Source: a virus
Lineage: Duplodnaviria > Heunggongvirae > Uroviricota > Caudoviricetes
Length of the DNA: 20,500 bases
Direction: 5' to 3' (one strand)
Virus record (IMG/VR): IMGVR_UViG_3300015185_000049
Below, one piece after another: positions 1 to 10,575 of the stretch. Each line of letters starts with the position of its first letter. Positions within the stretch are counted from its first letter, which is position 1. The notes under the pieces are model-generated. The model was given only the letters and a program-made list of their open reading frames with translations. It was not told the origin of the DNA and ran no database searches. The position numbers and the translations under genes are program-made.

Positions 1-645
<645 letters not shown>

Positions 646-646
<1 letters not shown>

Positions 647-864
647 CAGAACCTCGCCAGCCGGTACCCGGGATGCCCCCGTCGTCGTGTAATCAGAGCC
701 GCAAGGCGGCGCTCCCACTCCTGCCGTCCCTGCCGGATCTCAGATAAGTTTTCCATGGTCATCTGCTGACCATTAAAGGTGACGGATTTTCCGTCCAGCA
801 CCGCCATTTCAGCTTCCGTATAACGCTGAATCATGGCTTCGATATCATTCTGGTTCATAACCAT
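646..864 (-). CDS. Head-tail joining / head completion protein, gpW-like
   Basis: 72-aa ORF directly downstream of the terminase large subunit, with a C-terminal RRRG motif and a size matching lambda W (68 aa). The true start may be the internal Met at 858. Confidence 0.7.
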
Positions 865-2954
865 CCTCCGGAAGTCAGCCAGGGGTTAACATCGTCAGTT
901 ACTGTTTTCTTCCGTTTTTGTTTTTTAACAGGCGTGGATACCGGTTCCGGTGAGGGTGACGGTTCGGTACTGTCCGGGACACACTCCAGCCAGGTTTCCC
1001 GGCTCGCCCATTCCGGTGCATCCGGCCAGCGGATCTTTTCGTATCCATGCAGAATGACCAGAGCCTCGGCATACACCATCAGGTCAAAGGCTTCGTTGGC
1101 ACCGCGACCCGGCTTACTCCATTTCCCGTCACTGCTCCGCTCTTCATACGTCAGTTCGTCGTAAAACCAGCTCCCCAGCCAGTCAGGGAAATGCACATAG
1201 CCGGGACCTGGCGAGTCACGCCATAACGCGTTATTCACCCGGTCTTTCAGTGCATCCGTCTGAAGAAGCCAGAGCGGCACATCACCTGCGGCCTGCGCCC
1301 GTCGGCCCGTTCGTCCGGTGTTATCAGGGAATGTACGGGTGATCAGTTTTGCGCGCCGGATGCTGTCGCCCTTAAACAGGTAAATACGTTTACCAAGGCC
1401 ATCACGACGGCAACGACGCCAGAATTTATAGGCATTATCAGTGACCCCGTCTTCACCGCCGGAGTCCACCGCCATTGCCATCAGTCGCATTTGTTGAGAA
1501 GGATCGGAGGCCAGCGGCCAGCTTTTATGAAAAACATCCGTCAGCAGGACATCCCAGTCTTCCGGATAGCTGGCCGGATCAATTCGCTGGCTCTCCCCGT
1601 CGCAGTCACTGCGCAATGACTGCATGATATTGTAACGATCAATAATCCAGCGTTCGCCACGACTGCCATAGCCCGTTACCTGAACCACAAAACGGCGATG
1701 ACGTCCCGCCTGCACATCCACTGTCGCCACAAGGAAATTAACGCCATCCGGCACACTGCGGGAAGGAACTGGCTCTGCCCGCTGCTCAAGCAGTTCACTT
1801 TTTCGTTGCTCCATGCTGGCACGAGGAAGATAAGGCAATCCCCAGTCGGTGTTGATAACCGCCCTGAGTGTTTCTTCGCTTCCTGTCGCTTCATACTCCT
1901 GTTCTGCAGTCAGTAATTTGTAAACCAGTTGCGCCCAGGTCTGATACGCAGCAGCTGGCCCTTCCATCCAGAAACTGGCGATACGGGAGCGGCGCGGTTC
2001 ACCGGAAACGTTGCCGTTACGATCAATGACCTGACCTTCACGCAACCAGACTCCTGCACTATTGAGCTCACGCTTTTTCTCCGCAGTGATAATGCCGCTG
2101 CAGTGCGGGCAAAGTAGATACGCCGCCTCACTGGCTTTAAAGGGATCCGGTTCATTACGGTAGCCGGTCATGGCATCCATAGCTGGCTGAAAATATTCAC
2201 CGCAGTGCGGACATGGCCAGTACCAGCGGCGGCGGTCACCACGATTGTAAAGGGAAAGAATACCAGTCGTCGGTGGCGCTTCATGAGGCGACTTACGTCG
2301 CCATTTGCTATCGCAGATGTCACGTCCCGGCGAGCTCTCCACCAGAGTCATCCCGGCGGACATAAATGTGGTGGTACGTTTTGAGGCCAGGGAGAAACCA
2401 TCACCCTCGCTGTCGATATTCTCCGGAAAACGGTCGTAATCGGTTAAGGCGACAAACCGGTAATCCGACGACGACATAATGTTGACCGAGGGCCAACCAA
2501 TTTTAAGGAACGAGCCATCCCTGAACGTCTTATCATGGACATTATTGTCGTTACGACGTGGACTCATTCTTTTCTTTACCGCAGCACTGCTTCTGAACGT
2601 TCTGTCGAGGCGCTTTTTAGAATGCTCGCGGGCCTTATCTTCGGTCATCTGCACAACGAGCATGTCCGAAGGATCGCAAACGATGGTATAGACAATCCAT
2701 CCATCGATCAGACCAATGGTCTTCCCTGTTCGCGCAGGACCAACAAAAATCACCGCATCGTATTCACGCGATGCCAGGCAGTTCATGGGCTCAATGATGT
2801 AGGGTGTCAGTTCAGGATCCCATGGCACCGAGTTACCAGCCCCCTTGGGAACACGCATGAATTTTTTAACAGCCTCCGAAATCGGCATGCGACGTGGTGG
2901 GGAAAATCCTGCCGATATGTCCCTTCCCAAATTTCGGGCTGATGAAAAACCCAT
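855..2954 (-). CDS. Terminase large subunit (lambda gpA family)
   Basis: 699-aa uninterrupted ORF directly downstream of the Nu1-like gene, with Cys/His-rich segments (PCPHCGEYF, LCPHCSGI) and an ATPase-like GPARTGKT motif near the N-terminus. Size and synteny fit a lambdoid terminase large subunit. Confidence 0.85.
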   Translation of the reverse strand: MGFSSARNLGRDISAGFSPPRRMPISEAVKKFMRVPKGAGNSVPWDPELTPYIIEPMNCLASREYDAVIFVGPARTGKTIGLIDGWIVYTIVCDPSDMLVVQMTEDKAREHSKKRLDRTFRSSAAVKKRMSPRRNDNNVHDKTFRDGSFLKIGWPSVNIMSSSDYRFVALTDYDRFPENIDSEGDGFSLASKRTTTFMSAGMTLVESSPGRDICDSKWRRKSPHEAPPTTGILSLYNRGDRRRWYWPCPHCGEYFQPAMDAMTGYRNEPDPFKASEAAYLLCPHCSGIITAEKKRELNSAGVWLREGQVIDRNGNVSGEPRRSRIASFWMEGPAAAYQTWAQLVYKLLTAEQEYEATGSEETLRAVINTDWGLPYLPRASMEQRKSELLEQRAEPVPSRSVPDGVNFLVATVDVQAGRHRRFVVQVTGYGSRGERWIIDRYNIMQSLRSDCDGESQRIDPASYPEDWDVLLTDVFHKSWPLASDPSQQMRLMAMAVDSGGEDGVTDNAYKFWRRCRRDGLGKRIYLFKGDSIRRAKLITRTFPDNTGRTGRRAQAAGDVPLWLLQTDALKDRVNNALWRDSPGPGYVHFPDWLGSWFYDELTYEERSSDGKWSKPGRGANEAFDLMVYAEALVILHGYEKIRWPDAPEWASRETWLECVPDSTEPSPSPEPVSTPVKKQKRKKTVTDDVNPWLTSGGWL

Positions 2955-2962
2955 TATTCCTC

Positions 2963-3502
2963 CTAGAGACTCTCTCCTTCCTCATCAGGAATTAATTCAG
3001 CAGCACAAGCCTCGTAGGATTTTTCCTGAAGAGTGTATCGCAGGTCATCAATGGCCTGTTGTACAACGCCGACGGCCTGAGGAGTCAGGGCGCAATCGCG
3101 TTCAAGAACATCCGGAATTGTCTCCAGAACCTGGACGACAGCCTTTCTCATGGACGAATAGACGATGACTACTTCATCAACTGGGATGAGTTTTCGCTGC
3201 TCCTTTTCCAGCTTGATCCTTTCATTTTCAGACTGGTACCAGTCCTTTCTCTCTTTCGGCTCCATACGGGATGGATCATGAACAGAGTCTGCTGCCTCAT
3301 GCTTCACACTAAACAGGGCGGGCCCGACATGCTGCAGGGCGTAAACGGGGTTCCCCCTGACAGTCGCAGCCACAGGAGTGTTGGCCGCGAGGAGCCGTTT
3401 TTTTACTGTGTCCCGGTGAAGCCCAAAGGCCTCGGCGATTTTAAAAACACTCCAGTAATAAGCATCACCGATCCCGCTCACATTTGACATAAGCAACTCC
3501 AT
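2963..3502 (-). CDS. Terminase small subunit (Nu1 / NohA-like DNA packaging protein)
   Basis: 179-aa ORF with an N-terminal HTH-like segment (IAEAFGLHRDTVKKRL) followed by a charged coiled region, ending 9 bp before the large subunit. Architecture and size match the Nu1 / NohA / NohD family. Confidence 0.75.
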   Translation of the reverse strand: MELLMSNVSGIGDAYYWSVFKIAEAFGLHRDTVKKRLLAANTPVAATVRGNPVYALQHVGPALFSVKHEAADSVHDPSRMEPKERKDWYQSENERIKLEKEQRKLIPVDEVVIVYSSMRKAVVQVLETIPDVLERDCALTPQAVGVVQQAIDDLRYTLQEKSYEACAAELIPDEEGESL

Positions 3503-3659
3503 CTGGCAGGTGAAAATCAGGTTTATTTATATATTTCAATTAATTGCAAACTGGTCTAATGACAGGAAGAAAAAAATATTGTACAGGTGAAAAGAGAAAT
3601 AACTTTTAATTATCAATAAATTACCAAACATGCTGCCGCCGCCATGGAAATGCAAAAAC

Positions 3660-3700
3660 TAGCCTTTTTCCGCGACGCTCCCGCCCCGTGGCAGGGACCC
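3660..3700. other. Candidate cos site (cosN-like) upstream of the terminase genes
   Basis: GC-rich island in otherwise AT-rich non-coding DNA about 170-200 bp upstream of the Nu1-like start. Its reverse complement reads GGGGCGGGAGCGTCGCGGAAAAAGG, which resembles lambda cosN (GGGCGGCGACCTCGCGGGTTTTCGC) as I recall it. Confidence 0.3.
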
Positions 3701-4052
3701 CCACTGGGAGGACCCGACAGCCTGACAACCGTGACGAGCATCTGAAACAGAGCTTTACATAATGGCATGGGGATAATTCAGAAGGACATCACAGCATGCC
3801 CACACAAATTAGTGTGAGTGTCCTGTTTCTTACTACGCGCAGGACTGACGAGCATGAGGGGAAAATACGCGAACCGAAATGCCTTATCTTCAGAAATGCA
3901 GCCGGCATCCGAACTGGACGATATTGTAAATTCACCTAAATACGAGGCATTGCTGTAGTTGAATTGCAGTACTGTATTAGCCTTACAGTGACAGAATACG
4001 ATATTGACTCTGTCACTTGTGAAATGGTCAGAATGGTTAGCAGTTATGGTGA

Positions 4053-4259
4053 TCAGTCAACCACCAGGGAATAATCCTTCGTATTCTTATCGTGCTTTAC
4101 TAACGCGGCCTCAATTGCCCTGAATGCTTCCAGAGATACTTGATGTTCTATACATGCAATTACAACATCCGGGTAACCCATCGAAATGGTGCTATTAAGC
4201 ATAGTTTTTACACGAACCTGCTCCTGGGAGGGGGCATCAGTGTATTGATCTTTATGCAT
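4053..4259 (-). CDS. Hypothetical small prophage protein
   Basis: 68-aa ORF in the region between the packaging genes and gnsB; no motif recognised. The start could be an internal Met. Confidence 0.3.
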   Translation of the reverse strand: MHKDQYTDAPSQEQVRVKTMLNSTISMGYPDVVIACIEHQVSLEAFRAIEAALVKHDKNTKDYSLVVD

Positions 4260-4554
4260 TTTGTCGCTCCATTCGTTTGCTCTTCACTTGCGGCTAAAAA
4301 TATAACGTCAAATCACTCAGCATGAAAGAGTGAAAGTTTCAGCGCGTTTCCCTTACATAATCTGTCGTTTGTATTCTCTTCAGGCATACCGGAAAGACTA
4401 GGTATTGTCACACAACCAATACCATCGACAATCGAGATTTATATCTATTCGGTAATGTTTAAATATAACAAAACCCCGTAAAAACGAGGTTTATGGGTAA
4501 TTTGTATTGTTGAATAGCATCTGATGAGAAATTGATGCTAATACTATAAACATG

Positions 4555-4727
4555 CTAGATTAAATCAATCTTGATATCATAGCTTTCAAGACCAGTCATT
4601 TTTTCCCGTGCAGTAAACTGGATACTGGTAACTTCTTTCCCGGTCTTTTTCTTAAGCTCAATGATTTTTTTGTTATATATTCAGAAATATCTGCTTCTGT
4701 TTTTGTTTTTAACTCTTCAATGTTCAT
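4555..4727 (-). pseudogene. gnsB: gnsB-like gene interrupted by a frameshift in a homopolymer tract
   Basis: N-terminus MNIEELKTKTEADISEYITKK matches the GnsA/GnsB family. After the A7 run (T-run on the plus strand near 4665-4671) the frame gives SLSLRKRPGKK and a stop at 4596, while the adjacent frame continues IELKKKTGKEVTSIQFTAREKMTGLESYDIKIDLI to a stop at 4555-4557, which is the conserved Gns C-terminus. Confidence 0.6.
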
Positions 4728-4899
4728 CATTTCCTCTTTTAGTCTGTTATGACTGTCCTGGTACACAGTAGTGTCAATTATATGGAGCAAACGTATAAAA
4801 GATAAGATGAAACATCGCAATAATCAACATACGACGGTCTAAATTTCACACAAACAGATAAAGATGATTATCATTTATTATCAATGCATTAGAATCAAA

Positions 4900-5055
4900 T
4901 CAATTCAAGAGTCTCATTGCTGCTTCCAGAATTTCTTCTGAAGTTACATGTCGATCCGCTGCTACATAAATGACTTTATGATCTCCGGTCAGAGATGGAA
5001 ACCCTGCAGCCATTACAGTGAGGTGTGTTGTTTCGCCATTTGGATATTCACGCAT
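4900..5055 (-). CDS. YnfN-like small prophage protein
   Basis: Small ORF between gnsB and cspI, the position of ynfN in K-12 Qin. Probable start is the internal Met of MREYPNGETTHLTVMAAGFPSLTGDHKVIYVAADRHV. Confidence 0.45.
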   Translation of the reverse strand: MREYPNGETTHLTVMAAGFPSLTGDHKVIYVAADRHVTSEEILEAAMRLLN

Positions 5056-5400
5056 GATGGTGTTAACTCCGGTCATCACTGGCACTACCATTGCTGGTTC
5101 AGAGTTAAAAAAACTATTATTTTTTTCATAATGTTACCGTAATATGTGAGTATCCATCGACTAGACACTAAGCAAAAAAGCTCCCGAAGGAGCCTTCATT
5201 TTCACTTTCTTAAATCTAACGACAGATGGCTAACATTTAAGTATTGTGAAATATTATCAAATGTAATCATCATTGATTTACAAAAGATACATTTTGCCCC
5301 GAAAGGATTTCTGTCAGAAACATCAAAAGATGATGTTCTATACTGAGAACCATGGCAACACGGGCATCTAAAGTGAATATGGTTTGTAATATTTTCTACC

Positions 5401-5613
5401 TCAAAGTGCCACTACATGAACAGCTGCAGGGCCTTTAGGTCCGTTCTCAATACCAAATTCGACTTCCTGATTCTCAGTTAACGTTTTGAAATCGTTGCTC
5501 TGAATAGCTGAGAAATGCACAAACACATCTTTGCTACCATCTTTCGGCGTGATGAAACCAAAACCTTTTTCAGGGTTAAACCATTTCACTAAACCAGTCA
5601 TTTTGTTAGACAT
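5401..5613 (-). CDS. cspI: Cold shock protein, CspA family (CspI-like)
   Basis: Complete cold-shock domain with RNP1-like motif KGFGFI and RNP2-like VFVHF ([38 protein letters not shown]...), about 70 aa, preceded by a long AT-rich leader as is typical of csp genes. Confidence 0.9.
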   Translation of the reverse strand: MSNKMTGLVKWFNPEKGFGFITPKDGSKDVFVHFSAIQSNDFKTLTENQEVEFGIENGPKGPAAVHVVAL

Positions 5614-5976
5614 CATTATTACCTTTTGAAGAAGTTAGCCCTTGGGCAGAATGGTCCGAAAAAAAATATCAGAGAGAAAAACCAACAAGGAAATCTCAAG
5701 AGGTACAAATAATAAAATTATAACAATGACTGCTTCAGATAATTTTGTAACAAACCAGAACACCATTAACGCATGATTAACCAACCATAGCAAGGATTAC
5801 TTTTGTAAAGAAAAACACACGAATGAAACAATAGCTTTATTTATTAATAAAACGTGTCATTCTGTCTAATGACCTTTTATCTTACCCTTAAGATTTCAAG
5901 GATTTTGACTCATGGAAGAGTCCTTTTTATTTAAATTTCACATTCAGCGCTAAAAATAATCCGATTTAATATTAAT

Positions 5977-7000
<1,024 letters not shown>

Positions 7001-7004
<4 letters not shown>

Positions 7005-7312
7005 AGATATTTATGATGAGGACGCTCGTGCTTATTGGCAGGATTTTCAATCTTAAAGGAGTACTGATGCTGCAGATAAGACTCAACTTTTTCTGACAAT
7101 TTTTCTGCTACTTCCAGGAAGACTTGCCGGACGCTCATTCTGGCTGCTGCCTCATAAAACTCCAGCGCAGCTCCTTCAACACGGTCCATGGCGACATCCA
7201 GGCCAAAAATTTCACCGTCAAAGCGTTCTTTGTCCTGTAAGGCTACAGTTACCGTAACTTTATTCTCAAAATTACGGACTCCTTTCACAACCAGTTCATA
7301 GTCTTGAGTCAT
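7001..7312 (-). CDS. YdfR-like protein of unknown function, between holin and endolysin
   Basis: 103-aa ORF with tight overlaps on both sides (4 bp with the endolysin). Same size and position as ydfR in K-12 Qin (recalled). Confidence 0.55.
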
Positions 7313-7316
7313 TGGA

Positions 7317-7532
7317 TTACTCTCCTCTCGCAGCCTTACGCCTGTCTTCTTTAATCTTGAAATAAAGATTTGTCAGATACGTCAGCATGCCAAATACCAG
7401 ACTACCCAATACACCTATTGCCGCCCACTGTGAGGGCGTGACTTTATCGAGCAACTGTAAAAACCAGTAGCCAGCACTGCCTGCAGAGGTGCTGTAGGCG
7501 ATGCCCGTTGTTAACTTATCCATGGATTTCAT
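7317..7532 (-). CDS. Holin, class II (phage 21 S-like pinholin) with dual-start motif
   Basis: Sequence [71 protein letters not shown] has two transmembrane segments, a charged C-terminus and the Met1/Met4 dual-start arrangement of S21-type holins. The ORF track extends it upstream to 7616, but that extension is unlikely to be translated. Confidence 0.85.
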   Translation of the reverse strand: MKSMDKLTTGIAYSTSAGSAGYWFLQLLDKVTPSQWAAIGVLGSLVFGMLTYLTNLYFKIKEDRRKAARGE

Positions 7533-7722
7533 AGCCTCACCTCCGCAGATAACGGATGGTGTACACGGTTTGGTTCGAAGAAGGAAAGAAGTTACATTAG
7601 CGTAAGGCCCGAACATCTATTCAAAAAGAAAAACGCCAGCAATTATTCTGGCGTAGCTAAAAATATCGTATAATCTTACACTTCAAAAAATAACTTTATA
7701 AAATGCCATCACATCATATCTT

Positions 7723-8445
7723 CTAAGAAAATCTTGATAAATATTGGTGCGGAGGCACACCAAAATATCCTCTAAAAACACTTACAAAATATGATGCATT
7801 GTCATACCCGCATATTCCCGCCACCTTGCCGACAGTATGGTTACTGTAGATCAATAATCTTTGCGCCATCATCATTCGTTCTTCAAGAATTAATTTACTA
7901 AACGATAATCCTTCGTCTTTTAATTTTCTTTTTAACAAACTCTCGCTCATATATAATCTTGAAGATATATCACAAAGTCTCCATGACGCAGAGATATCCG
8001 AGTGAATAATAGCCTTAACTTTACAACCTAAGCTATTAAGACTTCCGAACAAAAAACTTTGCACTATTTTCTCTGAAGATAAGACAGCAAGACATGCAAG
8101 TGATATTTGATTTCTAACTACATCCACGGTTTTGCTATCACAATTCAAGCATGCAACCAAGTTCTTTAACAATGAAAAATCTTCACATTCTACTATCAAG
8201 TATGACGGATAAAACCTTCTTACAGAAAAAGGTGAGAGTGTGTAGTTTTTAAAGAAATCATTAACTGTTTTCTCCTCAACATCTACGATCATTAGATGAT
8301 CTGTATTTGACGAAAAAAGATCTTTTAAATTGTATTCAATGAGGACAGCATTTCCTTTTTTAAACAAAATATCTTCTTTACCAATTCGGACACCAAACGA
8401 GTTCAACACCAAAATGATAGAACATATGTATGGCATATTATCCAC
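7723..8445 (-). CDS. AraC-family transcriptional regulator (cargo gene)
   Basis: 240 aa with a C-terminal AraC-type double HTH (GKVAGICGYDNASYFVSVFRGYFGVPPHQY). The gene is visibly AT-rich and is flanked by long AT-rich non-coding DNA inside the late operon. Confidence 0.8.
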   Translation of the reverse strand: MDNMPYICSIILVLNSFGVRIGKEDILFKKGNAVLIEYNLKDLFSSNTDHLMIVDVEEKTVNDFFKNYTLSPFSVRRFYPSYLIVECEDFSLLKNLVACLNCDSKTVDVVRNQISLACLAVLSSEKIVQSFLFGSLNSLGCKVKAIIHSDISASWRLCDISSRLYMSESLLKRKLKDEGLSFSKLILEERMMMAQRLLIYSNHTVGKVAGICGYDNASYFVSVFRGYFGVPPHQYLSRFS

Positions 8446-8842
8446 CTGATATCATTGGGGTTACACCAGGTAAGTATAGGTGGAAAATCAATATTCGCCA
8501 GTTCAACAATAAGGAAAATCTCATTGCATCACAACTATAAAACCATGTGTTTAACTCACAAAAAACAAATCATTAAACTAATCTGTTATATTATAATAGC
8601 TGCGTGCAATAATAATATTATATGCTCTTAATATTCACTTGAAATATCTTCATATAAAAACAGATTGAATAAAATCTTTTGGGGCTGGTATGTTTACCAA
8701 CATTAAATTGCATCTCAATGTTTTCTTTAGCGTGAACAGGATTTTTATAAAAACTGACACTATGAGCATCATAGCGTAGTTTTTACGATTGTAAATATCC
8801 TGCATACAGGAACTCATCACTTTCAGATGATATCGCATACAG

Positions 8843-9802
8843 TTAATTCACCATCAGTCTTAGAGCCAGTTCTTCCGGATAGGGATCGAAGTAATTCTGT
8901 GTAAGCAAGTAATCATTAGGATACTCACCCAGATAATGCTTCAGCAGAGTCAACGGCGCAAGAAGAGGCAATGTGCCAAAGCGATAGTTAAGTATAACCT
9001 CGCTCAACTCTTTACGCTGGCGTGTGCTTAAGTAATTACTAAAATACCCCTGTATATGCATCAGCACATTCGTGTGATTTTTACGTGATGCTGGTTTTCT
9101 GAGAATCGCCATCAGATTATCACGATACACCTCAAAGTATGATTCAAGGTCCGCCCACTCGTGTATTGCAGCCACAAATGGTCCCATATCTTTATAGCCT
9201 GCCTGGCTATGCGCCAACAACTGAAGCTTATAACGACTATGAAAAGCTAATAACTCTCTTCTTGATAATTTCTCCTTGTAAAGGTGATTGAGCTCATCCA
9301 AAGCAAAAACTCTTTCAATAAAATTCTCACGAAGCACTGGATCATGTAATCGCCCATCCTCTTCAACCGGTAGCCAGGAAAACTTTTCCATCAAAGTGCT
9401 CGTAAATAGTCCCACTCCATCTTTACGACCTCGATTACCATTTTCATCATAGACACGCACGCGCTCCATGCCACAGCTGGGAGATTTAGCACAAACCACA
9501 AACCCCGATACATCCTTTAATTTGTCCATATAAGAACGACTAAACTCTGTCATTCTCTCTGTCACATCCTCATTCTGGTCGTGGCTGAAACACATCCGTA
9601 TATTTCCTTGCTTCGAGCGCACAAGTCGTAGAGCAGGACGCGGAACTGGCAGCCCTATAGCCATTTCCGGACATACTGGTCTGAATGTTACCCATTCCAC
9701 TAATTTGTCCATTAAAAAGTCATCTCTTTTGTGACCACCATCAAAACGAACAGCAGAACCGCCCAAACAACCGCTGATCCCAATCACAGGTTTTTTTATC
9801 AT
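8843..9802 (-). CDS. YbgA-like protein (DUF523 / TudS-type predicted Fe-S domain fused to DUF1722)
   Basis: 319 aa. The N-terminus GISGCLGG...RPVCPEM...VVCAKSPSCGME carries the conserved cysteine pattern of the DUF523/TudS family, and the C-terminal half is DUF1722-like. Overall architecture matches E. coli YbgA (recalled). Confidence 0.7.
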   Translation of the reverse strand: MIKKPVIGISGCLGGSAVRFDGGHKRDDFLMDKLVEWVTFRPVCPEMAIGLPVPRPALRLVRSKQGNIRMCFSHDQNEDVTERMTEFSRSYMDKLKDVSGFVVCAKSPSCGMERVRVYDENGNRGRKDGVGLFTSTLMEKFSWLPVEEDGRLHDPVLRENFIERVFALDELNHLYKEKLSRRELLAFHSRYKLQLLAHSQAGYKDMGPFVAAIHEWADLESYFEVYRDNLMAILRKPASRKNHTNVLMHIQGYFSNYLSTRQRKELSEVILNYRFGTLPLLAPLTLLKHYLGEYPNDYLLTQNYFDPYPEELALRLMVN

Positions 9803-9994
9803 TTCCTCCCCCTTGACTAATTCATTAACACATAAACTGTGTAGTGCACGGAATAAATTGCCTTTCTGACGTCATCACTGACAATTTTTCTGTTATGGAC
9901 TATTCCTAATATAGTATGAAAGTTCTTTAAGTGATCGGTCGTAATCATCTATCTTTCATACTTACTCTCAACTATCAAAAGTACAGGATTGATT

Positions 9995-10519
9995 ATGAAG
10001 TTATGGCCTGTGTTGACTGGCATTGCACTCTCTTTCACTCTTATAGCATGTAAGGCCCCGACACCACCTAAAGGTGTGCAGCCGATTACAAATTTTGACG
10101 CCAACCGCTACCTCGGAAAATGGTATGAAATAGCTCGCCTCGAGAACCGGTTCGAACGTGGTCTGGAACAGGTCAGCGCTACTTATGGAAAACGGAACGA
10201 CGGAGGGATTCGTGTACTTAACCGTGGATACGATCCAACGAAAAATAAATGGAGCGAGAGCGAAGGTAAAGCATACTTTACTGGAGATACTAAAACTGCA
10301 GCGTTGAAGGTTTCGTTTTTTGGCCCCTTCTATGGTGGCTATAATGTAATCAAACTGGATGATGAGTATAAGTATGCTCTTGTTAGTGGTTCGAACAGAG
10401 AATACCTATGGATTCTGGCAAGGACCCCAACTATTCCAGATAAAGTAAAAGCAGACTATGTGCGAACCGCTCAAAAGTTGGGATTCAATGTCAATGAATT
10501 ATTATGGGTTAAACAATAA
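9995..10519 (+). CDS. blc: Bacterial lipocalin (Blc-like outer-membrane lipoprotein)
   Basis: Lipoprotein signal with lipobox LIAC, then the lipocalin signature FDANRYLGKWYEIARLENRFERG and downstream SFFGPFYGGYNV...YLWILARTP, closely resembling E. coli Blc. The ORF track starts at a TTG at 9989; ATG at 9995 is the likelier start. Confidence 0.85.
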   Translation: MKLWPVLTGIALSFTLIACKAPTPPKGVQPITNFDANRYLGKWYEIARLENRFERGLEQVSATYGKRNDGGIRVLNRGYDPTKNKWSESEGKAYFTGDTKTAALKVSFFGPFYGGYNVIKLDDEYKYALVSGSNREYLWILARTPTIPDKVKADYVRTAQKLGFNVNELLWVKQ

Positions 10520-10546
10520 AATCCCTACCCGAAATGATACTTATTA

Positions 10547-10575
10547 GAAAAAAACCAGCCTTTGGGGAGGCTGGC
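10547..10575 (-). terminator. Rho-independent terminator, candidate tR' downstream of Q
   Basis: Inverted repeat CCAGCCT / AGGCTGG (about 10555-10574) with a 6-nt loop, followed on the minus strand by a run of 7-8 T (the plus-strand A-run at about 10547-10554). Confidence 0.55.

Noticed and set aside
934-2942. Several plus- and minus-strand ORFs (934..1164, 1676..1894, 1698..1916, 1910..2155, 1929..2117, 2479..2691, 2535..2942) inside the terminase large-subunit gene
   Set aside because: All are nested within or antisense to a 699-aa ORF with terminase features. None has a convincing start context, so they are treated as frame noise.
2845-3487. Plus-strand ORFs 2845..3168 and 3059..3487 across the terminase small-subunit gene
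   Set aside because: Antisense to the Nu1-like gene, with no independent support.
4140-5346. Short ORFs in AT-rich intergenic DNA (4140..4325, 4948..5142, 5146..5346) and the long upstream extension of the gnsB ORF (to 4820)
   Set aside because: Low-complexity, AT-driven reading frames. The gnsB extension precedes a good internal Met matching the family N-terminus, so the extension is unlikely to be translated.
8650-8838. 62-aa ORF in the AT-rich spacer between the AraC and YbgA-like genes
   Set aside because: Very AT-rich, low-complexity translation with no RBS-like context; more likely a promoter or leader region for the AraC gene.
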